From contig PDIP01000076.1 of the NCBI GenBank assembly GCA_002811645.1, positions 1 to 45,338 of the forward strand: 45,338 nucleotides of DNA, in the 5' to 3' direction. Positions 20,157 to 29,021 of the stretch are shown one piece after another; within the stretch, counting starts at the first letter, position 1, and each line of letters starts with the position of its first letter. The position numbers and the translations under genes were made by a program. The stretch comes from Corallochytrium limacisporum Hawaii. Its lineage: Eukaryota > Protista > Pluriformea. The notes beneath the pieces are model-generated. The model had not been told where the DNA came from. It saw nothing but the letters and a program-made list of their open reading frames with translations, and made no database searches.

Positions 20157-23100
20157 TTAATTTTTGAACTTCTTGACCCGCCTTCGGTGCTTCAGGCAGC
20201 CAGTTTTGGTGGTGAGATGCTCCGTCCAGCCACCTTCCGTCCCGTTGAGCATGTCCATGCACAGCGGACAACGATTAGTGGCCTGCTTCTCCGTGGTGAG
20301 CGGGCAGCATTTCAATTTGGAGTGCTCCACGAGTTCAGATTTCAACATGGTTTTTTTGCAGCGCTTGCAGCGGTCCATGTCCTTGGCCTTGTCGCACTCC
20401 GTGCGCCGGTGGTCGTTCAGGGCACTCACCTCGACAATCTGTTTACAGTGAGAACACGACGTAAGCATTAGGCAACTCTTCCAGTAGTGCACGTCCAGCT
20501 GATCGGGTGTAAACGAGTCGTCCGTCTCGCCACAGAAGATGCACATCTTATCCATGTTTGGAGTGTCCACGGATTCTTCCTCGGTATGTGGTGGCACCGG
20601 TGTCTTGGTTTCCTTCTCGAACCTGCCAAGAAGTTCACCATAAGCCTTCTTGTCCGGAGCCGATGTCCTTGACCCAGCCGCGACCATGTGCTCTTCCGGA
20701 AGCGCCTGCAGCTCTTTCATCTGCCCTTCCAACTGTTTGAGCTGTTCGTCCTTGCCGAAAGAGCTCGCCTGGTCACCTGCACGCAATTTCGATTGCGTGG
20801 CCCCAAAGCGGGCCTTGTCCAGGCTCTCTATAAGCTTTGGCGGCAGATTGAGCAAGTACTGATCAATCTCCCCTTGGCCTAGCACGCCTTGCAGAGCAGC
20901 ACAGGCCATCACCGCCGCATCGCGCGCCTTGCCGTCTGCATGCTCAAGGCCTACTCGTACAGTGGGCATCACCGTGGGACCCGGAAGAAGTTGTGCGTTT
21001 GCCGTTAGCCCCTTTGCAAAGATCGCGATTAGCTCCATACGGCGCATCATGTGTCGTCCTTGGAGCTTACGTTTTGGCAGCTTGCACACTTCGTACACCA
21101 ATTCGTGGCTGCACTGATCCTTGTTGAAGACGTTAACCAGACCGTCGCGGATCTTGTCTCCAACACGGGCATTTGATTCACCAATCTTTGATAGCAGGAC
21201 TTCGCAGAGATCGTGCACTGCGGGTCCCACGTCGCCATGTCCCAGATTATTGTTCATGATGTACGAAGTGAGCAGTACCTGGATGCAATCCATGGTCAAT
21301 GTCACTACGTTGATGACTGGGGACTCCACACCACGGCTCAGGAGCTTCGCGGTCTGCCGTAATACGCTGCTAGGTGTATGATCGCTGTCACCGGTTGCGC
21401 TGAGAACCCCTCGAACCTCCGCAATACCTTCATCCTTATACTTAAATTTTTTGCTGAGCACTTTTCGCACCGTAAGCTCGCCAAAAACGTTGATGGCATC
21501 CACCATCTCGCGCCGGACTTTTGCAGCTAACAATTCAGGCTCATTTTCGGCCGGGGGTACGTCAGCGGCGCCATCACCAGCACCACCATTGCCGGTATTA
21601 AAGGGATCGTCTTGGCCACCCTTCTTGGCAAGTGCTGGCAATGGTCGATCATCCGCGGGCACGACCACCGGTACGACCACTGGCGCATCGCCACGGGGCG
21701 GGGTGCGGGGTAGGCAGGGCTGGGATTGCACTGGTACATTCTGCGGGCCAGCAGAGCTGACCGCATGCAACATTGGAGGCATGTCGGTAGTCTCTTGGGG
21801 GTCAACTTTGTCTGCACTTAAAGACGGATCGGGTGGCACTCCCATTTTTCTCGCCAGCGTCGGCAATGGCCGGTCGTCCGGGTCTGACTGGTGGGTCAGT
21901 TGCGGGGAAATATTTCGTGAGATTCCACTGGTATTACTTTTGTCAATCACAGTGTCATTGTTCGCATAATGGGCTTCATGCACATCCTGAACTTCGCATG
22001 GCTCCTGAGTGGTGGTGCGGTGCGTGAGCTGACCGTCAGCCGGAGGGGGTGGAGCGGGACGATTGATTATGTCTGGGATGATGTCCGTCATTGAAATGGT
22101 TGGGAACTGGTGGCCTTGGTGTTGCGTTTGCTGTGGAGCAGGCACAGTCTTCGCACCCATCACAGTTGGCGCGTCTGATCCCAATTCGGTCATTATGTAA
22201 TCATCTATCTTGCGTCGGATCATGTCAATCTTCTGCTTGTATTCCTTCGCAAGGTCAAAGTCCTCCAATTGCACAGCTTTCTTTTTTTGCGATTCCAACT
22301 TGGCAAGCTCCACACCGGCCGTCTGAAGAGTTTCCATAACCTGCTTGCACTGCTTCGCGTCCTCAAATCTTTCTTCCGCCACCGCCTGGGCCTTGCGGTC
22401 GACCAATTTGCAAATGACTTCAGCAGTCCTTGGATCCTGCAGCATCGCAAACGTCATGTCATCTAAGGGATCAAACTGCATTGGTTTGTTGGGTCCCAAT
22501 TCTTCTTGCACGATTTCTTGACCAACCGGATCGCCAACAAGTCCCTTCAGTGTGGGTAGCTGCGACAGTTTCAGCCCGGACTGTAAAAGCACAGCTGAGT
22601 TCGCCTGGTCCGGTACCGCAGTAATTCCAGCTGCATCTGCAACCGCCTTCATAACCGCCCCAGATTGTGCAGGTTGGCCGATAATGTTCAGCGCCACAAT
22701 GCCGACTTGATTGTACAAATTGTACTGGTTGATATGGCTGCCCTGGATCACGATCTTCACAAACCGCCCCACGGTGTCGATGTGGATGGACTTCAGTTCC
22801 CGTGCCCGGTACTGAGCTTCCGTGTTGGACCCGAAAGAAACATGGCCCAGTCTCGTCCAGATGGTCTCCATTTCGGATTTATCTTCGATTTTTTTCTGAT
22901 CTTTCCCGCGATCATTGACTGCTGGAGATGCCGCCCGAACTTGGCTCAGGTTTGTCACATTGCCAATGTAGAGTTCCACGCGGTGAGCAATCTTGTACTG
23001 ATGGCTTAGAATCTGAATCTTGCGTATCCGGCAGAGTCCTTCTTTCAACGCCAAGACAATTTCCTGCGGATAGTGACAAAATCGGCCGGTTTGCCATCCC

Positions 23101-23198
23101 CGGGTGTCTGGTGTGTGTTGCTCAACCTGTTCTGGTCCATGCTCGTAGTCATTGCTGCTGGCGTATACAGCCTTGAAGGTTAGCTTCCTAGGCGCCAT
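20157..23198 (-). CDS. CEP104: Centrosomal/ciliary tip protein CEP104 (FAP256)
   Basis: N-terminal GWQTGRFCHYPQEIVL, RIRKIQILSHQYKIA, ARELKSIHID and NLYNQVGIVALNIIG. Coiled coil with AVAEERFEDAK and AVQLEDFDLAK, a HEAT/TOG-like region, and a C-terminal Zn-finger array (CIFCGE...HYWKSC...RCPLC). Confidence 0.95.
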   Translation of the reverse strand: MAPRKLTFKAVYASSNDYEHGPEQVEQHTPDTRGWQTGRFCHYPQEIVLALKEGLCRIRKIQILSHQYKIAHRVELYIGNVTNLSQVRAASPAVNDRGKDQKKIEDKSEMETIWTRLGHVSFGSNTEAQYRARELKSIHIDTVGRFVKIVIQGSHINQYNLYNQVGIVALNIIGQPAQSGAVMKAVADAAGITAVPDQANSAVLLQSGLKLSQLPTLKGLVGDPVGQEIVQEELGPNKPMQFDPLDDMTFAMLQDPRTAEVICKLVDRKAQAVAEERFEDAKQCKQVMETLQTAGVELAKLESQKKKAVQLEDFDLAKEYKQKIDMIRRKIDDYIMTELGSDAPTVMGAKTVPAPQQTQHQGHQFPTISMTDIIPDIINRPAPPPPADGQLTHRTTTQEPCEVQDVHEAHYANNDTVIDKSNTSGISRNISPQLTHQSDPDDRPLPTLARKMGVPPDPSLSADKVDPQETTDMPPMLHAVSSAGPQNVPVQSQPCLPRTPPRGDAPVVVPVVVPADDRPLPALAKKGGQDDPFNTGNGGAGDGAADVPPAENEPELLAAKVRREMVDAINVFGELTVRKVLSKKFKYKDEGIAEVRGVLSATGDSDHTPSSVLRQTAKLLSRGVESPVINVVTLTMDCIQVLLTSYIMNNNLGHGDVGPAVHDLCEVLLSKIGESNARVGDKIRDGLVNVFNKDQCSHELVYEVCKLPKRKLQGRHMMRRMELIAIFAKGLTANAQLLPGPTVMPTVRVGLEHADGKARDAAVMACAALQGVLGQGEIDQYLLNLPPKLIESLDKARFGATQSKLRAGDQASSFGKDEQLKQLEGQMKELQALPEEHMVAAGSRTSAPDKKAYGELLGRFEKETKTPVPPHTEEESVDTPNMDKMCIFCGETDDSFTPDQLDVHYWKSCLMLTSCSHCKQIVEVSALNDHRRTECDKAKDMDRCKRCKKTMLKSELVEHSKLKCCPLTTEKQATNRCPLCMDMLNGTEGGWTEHLTTKTGCLKHRRRVKKFKN

Positions 23199-24323
23199 GT
23201 TTGTGTTCTGTTTCCTTCGAAGATCTGTCTATTTCTCTCCTAGTGACATACTTGCAAAGCTTGAATTCAAGCCCCTTGTCCATAGTGGTGGACTTGAACA
23301 GTCCGTTTTGACTCGCTCAGCTTCCTCACACAATCTTACTTTTTCGTAACACTCTTCGAGCCACAAGAATACCTTGCCTGCTCTTCGTTTGCACAGCCCA
23401 TTGTAATAAACAGGGAACAGGACACTCACCAAACCGCTAACCATTTTGAATCCATCAATCCAACAAGCAGAGCCGAAACAGGGGCGCTATCCACAGATTG
23501 CTTGCAGCAGTCACTGCAGTCGTCCTGGGGAAACACACGCCAAAGGGGCCCCCCGTCCGCTCTCCAGGGGCGGGAACCCGCCGTTTCGGCGCGAAGTTTG
23601 TGTAGTCTCCCACTTCTCCTCGTAAAATAGGCCCCAGAAACAAAGCCCCCGACGATGGGTCACCGGAAAAGCAGGGGCTTCACCTTATGCGTAATATCGG
23701 CGTTCTGCCCAGCTCGCCGCTCGCTCCGTCTGCGCTACCTCCTGCGCCAGCAAATCCGACCCCCCTCCCCCTCCCTCTGTTCTGCGATTGCTTTCCTTGT
23801 CTTCCATGTAAGCATTCGAGTCCGAACGACCACCCAGGAGAGAATCAAAACTCATCAATAAAAGGCAAGATTTACGTAAATACTGAATCAAGACTCAGGG
23901 ATCTATTTCAGCTGCGGTCCGCACATCTCCGTGAAATTGGGATGACACATCGCAATGGGTTCGCCTTCCTTTGCCTCATGGAAGCCTAATGTCTCAGCAA
24001 CAGATCCTTAAATGAGGGAACAAAGAGGATTTTATATAACAAGTTTTCTAAGAGTTCAATCTCACTGTGGGAAATGAGAGTGTGTTTTTGTACGATAGCA
24101 TGAAACAGTGCTGGTTTCACGTCACCGTTTTATGTTGCGTGATGAAGATAAGTGCCCATTGATTTGGCGGGCAACTAAAACCCGCCATGTGGACTAGAAA
24201 CTAAAGTTGTGACAGAAGACGAGTGTGTTCTGTAGAGATATTACTAAAACAATGGGTGGAATTAATCTTCAGGGCGAATGGGCGGTAATTGTCGCCATTC
24301 ATCACAGAATGAAAAAAAGATTT

Positions 24324-27300
24324 CTAAGCGTCAGGAATGCGGAAAAACCAGAAGGTCAAGGCCCCACAGGAAAGCAGTGCAAGGCAGGCCATAGCCAGTA
24401 CCAAAGGCCCTACGTCCAACAGTAAGTGCAGGACAACAGATATCCAAAAGAGCAGAATCACGGCAAGACATGCCAGGTTGTGCAAATCAAGAGATAGCTT
24501 GTGCACGATATGCAGGCGCTGTTGCTCATAGTCCACATTGTTGTCAAGGCGGGATAGCAGGCGCCAGCACACAAACCAGAGACCCACAAGGACACCCAAG
24601 GCAAGCAACAGCGGTACCATCATACCAATGATAATATAAGTGTGGTCGTGGATGTACACAGTGTCATTGACCACGGCGGTCGGGGACATGGCCACAGTCA
24701 AGACAACGGCAAAGACAATTGTCACTAGCCACACAGCTGCAATAACGACCATCATCTCGCCGGTCACTTGCGTCCACCGAGCTTGGCGGCGAGCGTATCG
24801 CGGCTTGCCACGCCAGAGGCTGCTTTTGCGGCGCAGCATGGCGTCTGGCTTTACCATGGTCGCAGACGTGGAAGAGGCGCACGCTGGTGGGATACTCAAC
24901 GGTGAAACGGGTACACTATCAGCCTCAGCGTACGACATTGTCGACGACGAGGATTCGGTGCTGTCGACCTCATGATGAGAAGGTTCGGGTGCGGTTGTAC
25001 GCAGCTCAGAAGGTAGCATGTAGATGTCGTCAGTCTCGCTCATGCCACTGGTCGGTTCGCTGTAGATGGGCTCTTGTTCGGCATCTGCACCGGCACCTGA
25101 TTCATCCGTCTTCGATCGTGGAGTGACCACTGCCTCAGACCAGGCTGGGGTTGCGAGTTGCGGTGTACGACTCATACTCGACGTGTTGCGGTTCAGAGTG
25201 CGCCCAACCTCCAGGTCACGAAGTTCGCGAAGCTCCCGTGCAAAGTCGGTGATGTCCATGATCCTCTGGGTTGAGTGGCGCTGCTGCACAGTATCGACCT
25301 CGGTATACGTCGGGTCCATATTTATGACCAGGGAGCGCCGGCGGTATAGTGGCTTGTCTTCCCGCAGAGTGCCCGGCGTGTCAATGTTGGATGTGTGGCG
25401 GGACAGCGGCTTTGGCGCTTGTGCGCCCCGAGGAACCGTAGTTTGTGTGAGGGACGTGACACCACCGTTGGTCGACAGCGATCGCCCGGTCTTTCCTGTG
25501 GCCGTGGTGGAATGCACCTCCGGTACAGGCGTGAGGGCGGGCGATTCCAAAGCATGGTAGCTACTGCTCAACGGCGGTGGCGTCTGCGCAAGATTCATTT
25601 CGTCATCGTGGTCGACAACACTTAGTTCCCACTTCAACGCACGCATGAGGATGACACCGAGCACAGCGGACAAGCCACCGAAGACAAGCAAACTCAGTTG
25701 GAAGATTCCAGTAGTGACCAGAGCACTGGTTGTCGACGACACTGTGCCACTTGCCACTTGCACTCCAATGAAGAAAAACAAAGTCGCCAGCAGAAGCTCC
25801 AACACCCATAGTTGCCACTTGAGAACGGCCATAAAGCCAGCGTGGAAGAGGAAGACACCCCAGGTACCGGCCTTGGTCGCGGCCAGGGGTACTATCAGGC
25901 GGCCTACCGCCACCAAGAGAATCAGTACGCGCGCTACGGTAACAACACTGTCATCAGCGAACGAGTAGCCCTCTTGATATTTGGCGAACCGATTGTCATT
26001 GATACCGAACTCACTGTTGCTATCGCGATCAACTGGCACCCCGTCCTCAGGCCCACCTCCGACGCAACACTGCTGCGCGGAGCAGTCAAAGGAATCGCAG
26101 CGTGCGTTGAGCACGTCCAGAGCTTCCCAGAGAGCCGCATTACAATCATCGTCGTTACTGAAACCAGACCGCCGACAATTCTCAATCGGGTTCGCGAACT
26201 GCTCGCTGAAGACACAGCACAAAGATGGGAAGCAGTCCTGATCATCCACGGTAGAGCTGTCGTCAACACCACCACATCGTAGCTCCGAAGCACGCCCACC
26301 GGCAAACCCGATCGCTTGGCACTGCGCGTCAGTGCTAGCGTTGACTTCCTCACAGGAACGGTAACGTCCGCAGCACTCTGTCGCATTGCATTTCTCACTA
26401 CCACAAACAATGTCTGTGCCCTCGCCATCTCGTCCAGTGCCGTCCTCCACGACAAGGAACTCCTCCGAGTCGTTGTCTGTGGTTGCATTCGCGCCACGGG
26501 CACCACGATAAAAATCGTAACCCGCAGCCTGGCACTTGGCCGGAGTCCCGTACCTGGACGTGGAGCACCGGGCGTAGCGACCACAGCACTGTTCCGCGGT
26601 ACAAGGACCGCCTTCGCAAAGATCCATGACGTCCATTCGGACAAAATCTAGACCAGCAGCACGACAGTCGGCATTGTCGAGATACCCAGCATCTGTGCAT
26701 TCACTCGCACGTGCGCAACAGTCGTTGAGGCCACAGTCACGGTCAAGGTGGCATTCTGGCTGCTCTCGGACAAGATCAAAGCCTGCCGCTTGACACTGGC
26801 GGTCGTCTATAAGCCCCACGTCCGCACACGTCCGTAGCGCCTCGCAGCACGAGGCCGGTTCGCAGATCGTGGAGTCGCCGCACCCACGTTCTTCAGCAGC
26901 CTTGACGCGAGCGTAGCCCGCAGTGCGGCAAGTCGCATCGCTAAAGAATCCAGCGGTTTCGCAAGTCTGGAAACCAGCACAACAGTCTCCAGGAGTTGCA
27001 TCACGCATCTGCAGTCCGGCTTCGGGGTTGTTGAGGTAGTAGAGGCCACGCAATATACCAGCCTCTACACTATAGACATCGAAACCTTCCTCAACACACG
27101 CTGCGTCATCGACTAAGCCAATATCATTGCATGAAGCGTGGGAGGAACAGCACTCCGCCAGACTGCAGTCAAATTCGTCGCACGACTGCGCCCCGTCGAT
27201 GAAGTCCCCGAAACCTGCCTCTAGGCAGGCCTGCGCGGTGAGCCCAGCGGCATCGTCGCCACATGTTGGATAGAGACCGCAGCACGTCGCCACTGAGCAG

Positions 27301-29021
27301 TTTCCACCGCAGTCCTTGACATCATCGCCGACGAGGACGTAATTGTAGCCTAGATCAACACAGCTGCGGTCGTTCACAAGACCAAGGCTCTCGCAGGTGT
27401 CAAAGTTGCCACAACACTTTTCTTCCGTACAGTCACCGCCAGTGCATACACCTGTGTCCGGATCAATGGCGGGCGTATCGACATCAGTGCCATCGGATTT
27501 CATGGCCATGACGGCGAAGTCGTAGTCACGGGCGCGGCACTGAGCATCCGTTGTTAGGTCTAGATCATTGCAAGTGATGTAGTCAGCACAGCAGTGGTCC
27601 TTCACTGTGCAGTCCTCACGGGTCCCTTTGCCACAGTTGACAGCACCGACACCTTCCACGGCAAGTACGGAGTAGTCAAAACCAAGGTCTTGGCAACCCG
27701 CGTTGGTGGCAGCTGCTAGATCAGCACAACTTGCGTTCGCCTGACAGCAGTCCCGTGGACGGCAGTTGGTGCCCCCGCCGCAACGGTCGTTCACTCTGTC
27801 AAAGCCGAGCTGGCTGCATTTCGCATCGCTGGTCAGTCCGAGCGTCTCACACGACTCGAACACACCGCAGCAGTCGGCCACAGTGCAATCACTGCCTTCG
27901 CAGCCTGTCAGGCGTCCAGTGGCAAAGTCGTAGTATTTTTTTGGACTGATGGATATAGCCTGACACTCCGCGTCAGTGGTCAGATCAATGTCTGCGCAGG
28001 TTCGGTAGGCCTGGCAGCAGTCTTCAGCTCTACAGTCGCGGCCCTGACATGTCTTCGACGCAGCATTAGCCACGGCAAAGTCAAAGTTCAGAGCGCGACA
28101 GGCAGTGTCGCTAGCCAGATCGACCTCTGCACAGCTGCGGAAGGAACTGCAGCAGTCTGTTTCGATACAGGCGGCACCATCGCAGGCATTCCTTGGGTTT
28201 GCAGGTCCAATGTAGAATTCATGCCCCAAGACGTTGCACTGTGCGTCACTGGCAGCGCCCAGATCCACACAGGTCTTGTAGCTGCTGCAACACAGTTCAG
28301 GTGTGCAGTTGTCTCCAGATTCGCAGGCTACGGGACCAGGTCGCTTGAAATCGAAGCCATTTTGCTGGCATTGGGCATCATTTCCGGCACCCACGTCAGC
28401 ACAGGTCACAGTGCGGCCGCAGCATTTGGCAGCCTGCCGGCAGTCACCATCTCCTTCGCAATTGTTACCGGAGAAGAAGTCAAAACCGGCCAAGATACAT
28501 CCTGCGTCGGTACCAAAGCCGGCATCGGCGCAGGTTGCATAGAACTCACAACACCGGGGGATGCTGCAATCATTATTACCACAAGTGAAGTCTTGCTCGC
28601 CATCAGCCACACTGTAGTCGTAGCCGAGGGATCTGCATTCTCCATCTGTAGCTGCCCCAATGTCTCCGCATGCTAGGCGGTTTGTGCAGCAATCTGAGAC
28701 CAGACAGTCCCGATCTCCGCACGTGTATTCTGTATCACTGTTGTCCACGACCGTGTAGGCAAAACCTTCCTCCTGGCAATCTGCATCAGTCGTAATGTTC
28801 AAGTCCTCACAGGTGGTCCAGTTCTCACAGCAATCTTCCGCTGTACACGCGTCGCATGGTTCTGCTGCGGCACCTAAACTGTATTCATATCCGGCTTTTT
28901 GACAGTCGACATTGGTAGCGAAGCCAGCGTCAGCGCAGGGGTTCTGCGCGAAGGCCCCTGACGAGGCCATCCAACCCAGTACAGCACATGCTACGCCGCG
29001 GGGTATTGATATCCCCGCCAT
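24324..29021 (-). CDS. Cys-rich-repeat seven-transmembrane receptor-like protein (adhesion/class B GPCR-like)
   Basis: 1565-aa ORF. Signal peptide ending ..GAFA, 20 six-Cys repeats, three hydrophobic helices, a ~290-aa polar loop, then four more helices and a 5-aa tail. The CDS is secure; the family call is tentative. Confidence 0.85.
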   Translation of the reverse strand: MAGISIPRGVACAVLGWMASSGAFAQNPCADAGFATNVDCQKAGYEYSLGAAAEPCDACTAEDCCENWTTCEDLNITTDADCQEEGFAYTVVDNSDTEYTCGDRDCLVSDCCTNRLACGDIGAATDGECRSLGYDYSVADGEQDFTCGNNDCSIPRCCEFYATCADAGFGTDAGCILAGFDFFSGNNCEGDGDCRQAAKCCGRTVTCADVGAGNDAQCQQNGFDFKRPGPVACESGDNCTPELCCSSYKTCVDLGAASDAQCNVLGHEFYIGPANPRNACDGAACIETDCCSSFRSCAEVDLASDTACRALNFDFAVANAASKTCQGRDCRAEDCCQAYRTCADIDLTTDAECQAISISPKKYYDFATGRLTGCEGSDCTVADCCGVFESCETLGLTSDAKCSQLGFDRVNDRCGGGTNCRPRDCCQANASCADLAAATNAGCQDLGFDYSVLAVEGVGAVNCGKGTREDCTVKDHCCADYITCNDLDLTTDAQCRARDYDFAVMAMKSDGTDVDTPAIDPDTGVCTGGDCTEEKCCGNFDTCESLGLVNDRSCVDLGYNYVLVGDDVKDCGGNCSVATCCGLYPTCGDDAAGLTAQACLEAGFGDFIDGAQSCDEFDCSLAECCSSHASCNDIGLVDDAACVEEGFDVYSVEAGILRGLYYLNNPEAGLQMRDATPGDCCAGFQTCETAGFFSDATCRTAGYARVKAAEERGCGDSTICEPASCCEALRTCADVGLIDDRQCQAAGFDLVREQPECHLDRDCGLNDCCARASECTDAGYLDNADCRAAGLDFVRMDVMDLCEGGPCTAEQCCGRYARCSTSRYGTPAKCQAAGYDFYRGARGANATTDNDSEEFLVVEDGTGRDGEGTDIVCGSEKCNATECCGRYRSCEEVNASTDAQCQAIGFAGGRASELRCGGVDDSSTVDDQDCFPSLCCVFSEQFANPIENCRRSGFSNDDDCNAALWEALDVLNARCDSFDCSAQQCCVGGGPEDGVPVDRDSNSEFGINDNRFAKYQEGYSFADDSVVTVARVLILLVAVGRLIVPLAATKAGTWGVFLFHAGFMAVLKWQLWVLELLLATLFFFIGVQVASGTVSSTTSALVTTGIFQLSLLVFGGLSAVLGVILMRALKWELSVVDHDDEMNLAQTPPPLSSSYHALESPALTPVPEVHSTTATGKTGRSLSTNGGVTSLTQTTVPRGAQAPKPLSRHTSNIDTPGTLREDKPLYRRRSLVINMDPTYTEVDTVQQRHSTQRIMDITDFARELRELRDLEVGRTLNRNTSSMSRTPQLATPAWSEAVVTPRSKTDESGAGADAEQEPIYSEPTSGMSETDDIYMLPSELRTTAPEPSHHEVDSTESSSSTMSYAEADSVPVSPLSIPPACASSTSATMVKPDAMLRRKSSLWRGKPRYARRQARWTQVTGEMMVVIAAVWLVTIVFAVVLTVAMSPTAVVNDTVYIHDHTYIIIGMMVPLLLALGVLVGLWFVCWRLLSRLDNNVDYEQQRLHIVHKLSLDLHNLACLAVILLFWISVVLHLLLDVGPLVLAMACLALLSCGALTFWFFRIPDA
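26065..28945 (-). repeat. 20 tandem protein-level Cys repeats (about 41-70 aa each)
   Basis: Consensus [TS]C.D.G...D..C...G[FY]D[FY]..(var)..C.G..C....CC, counted 20 times in the translation. Confidence 0.92.
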
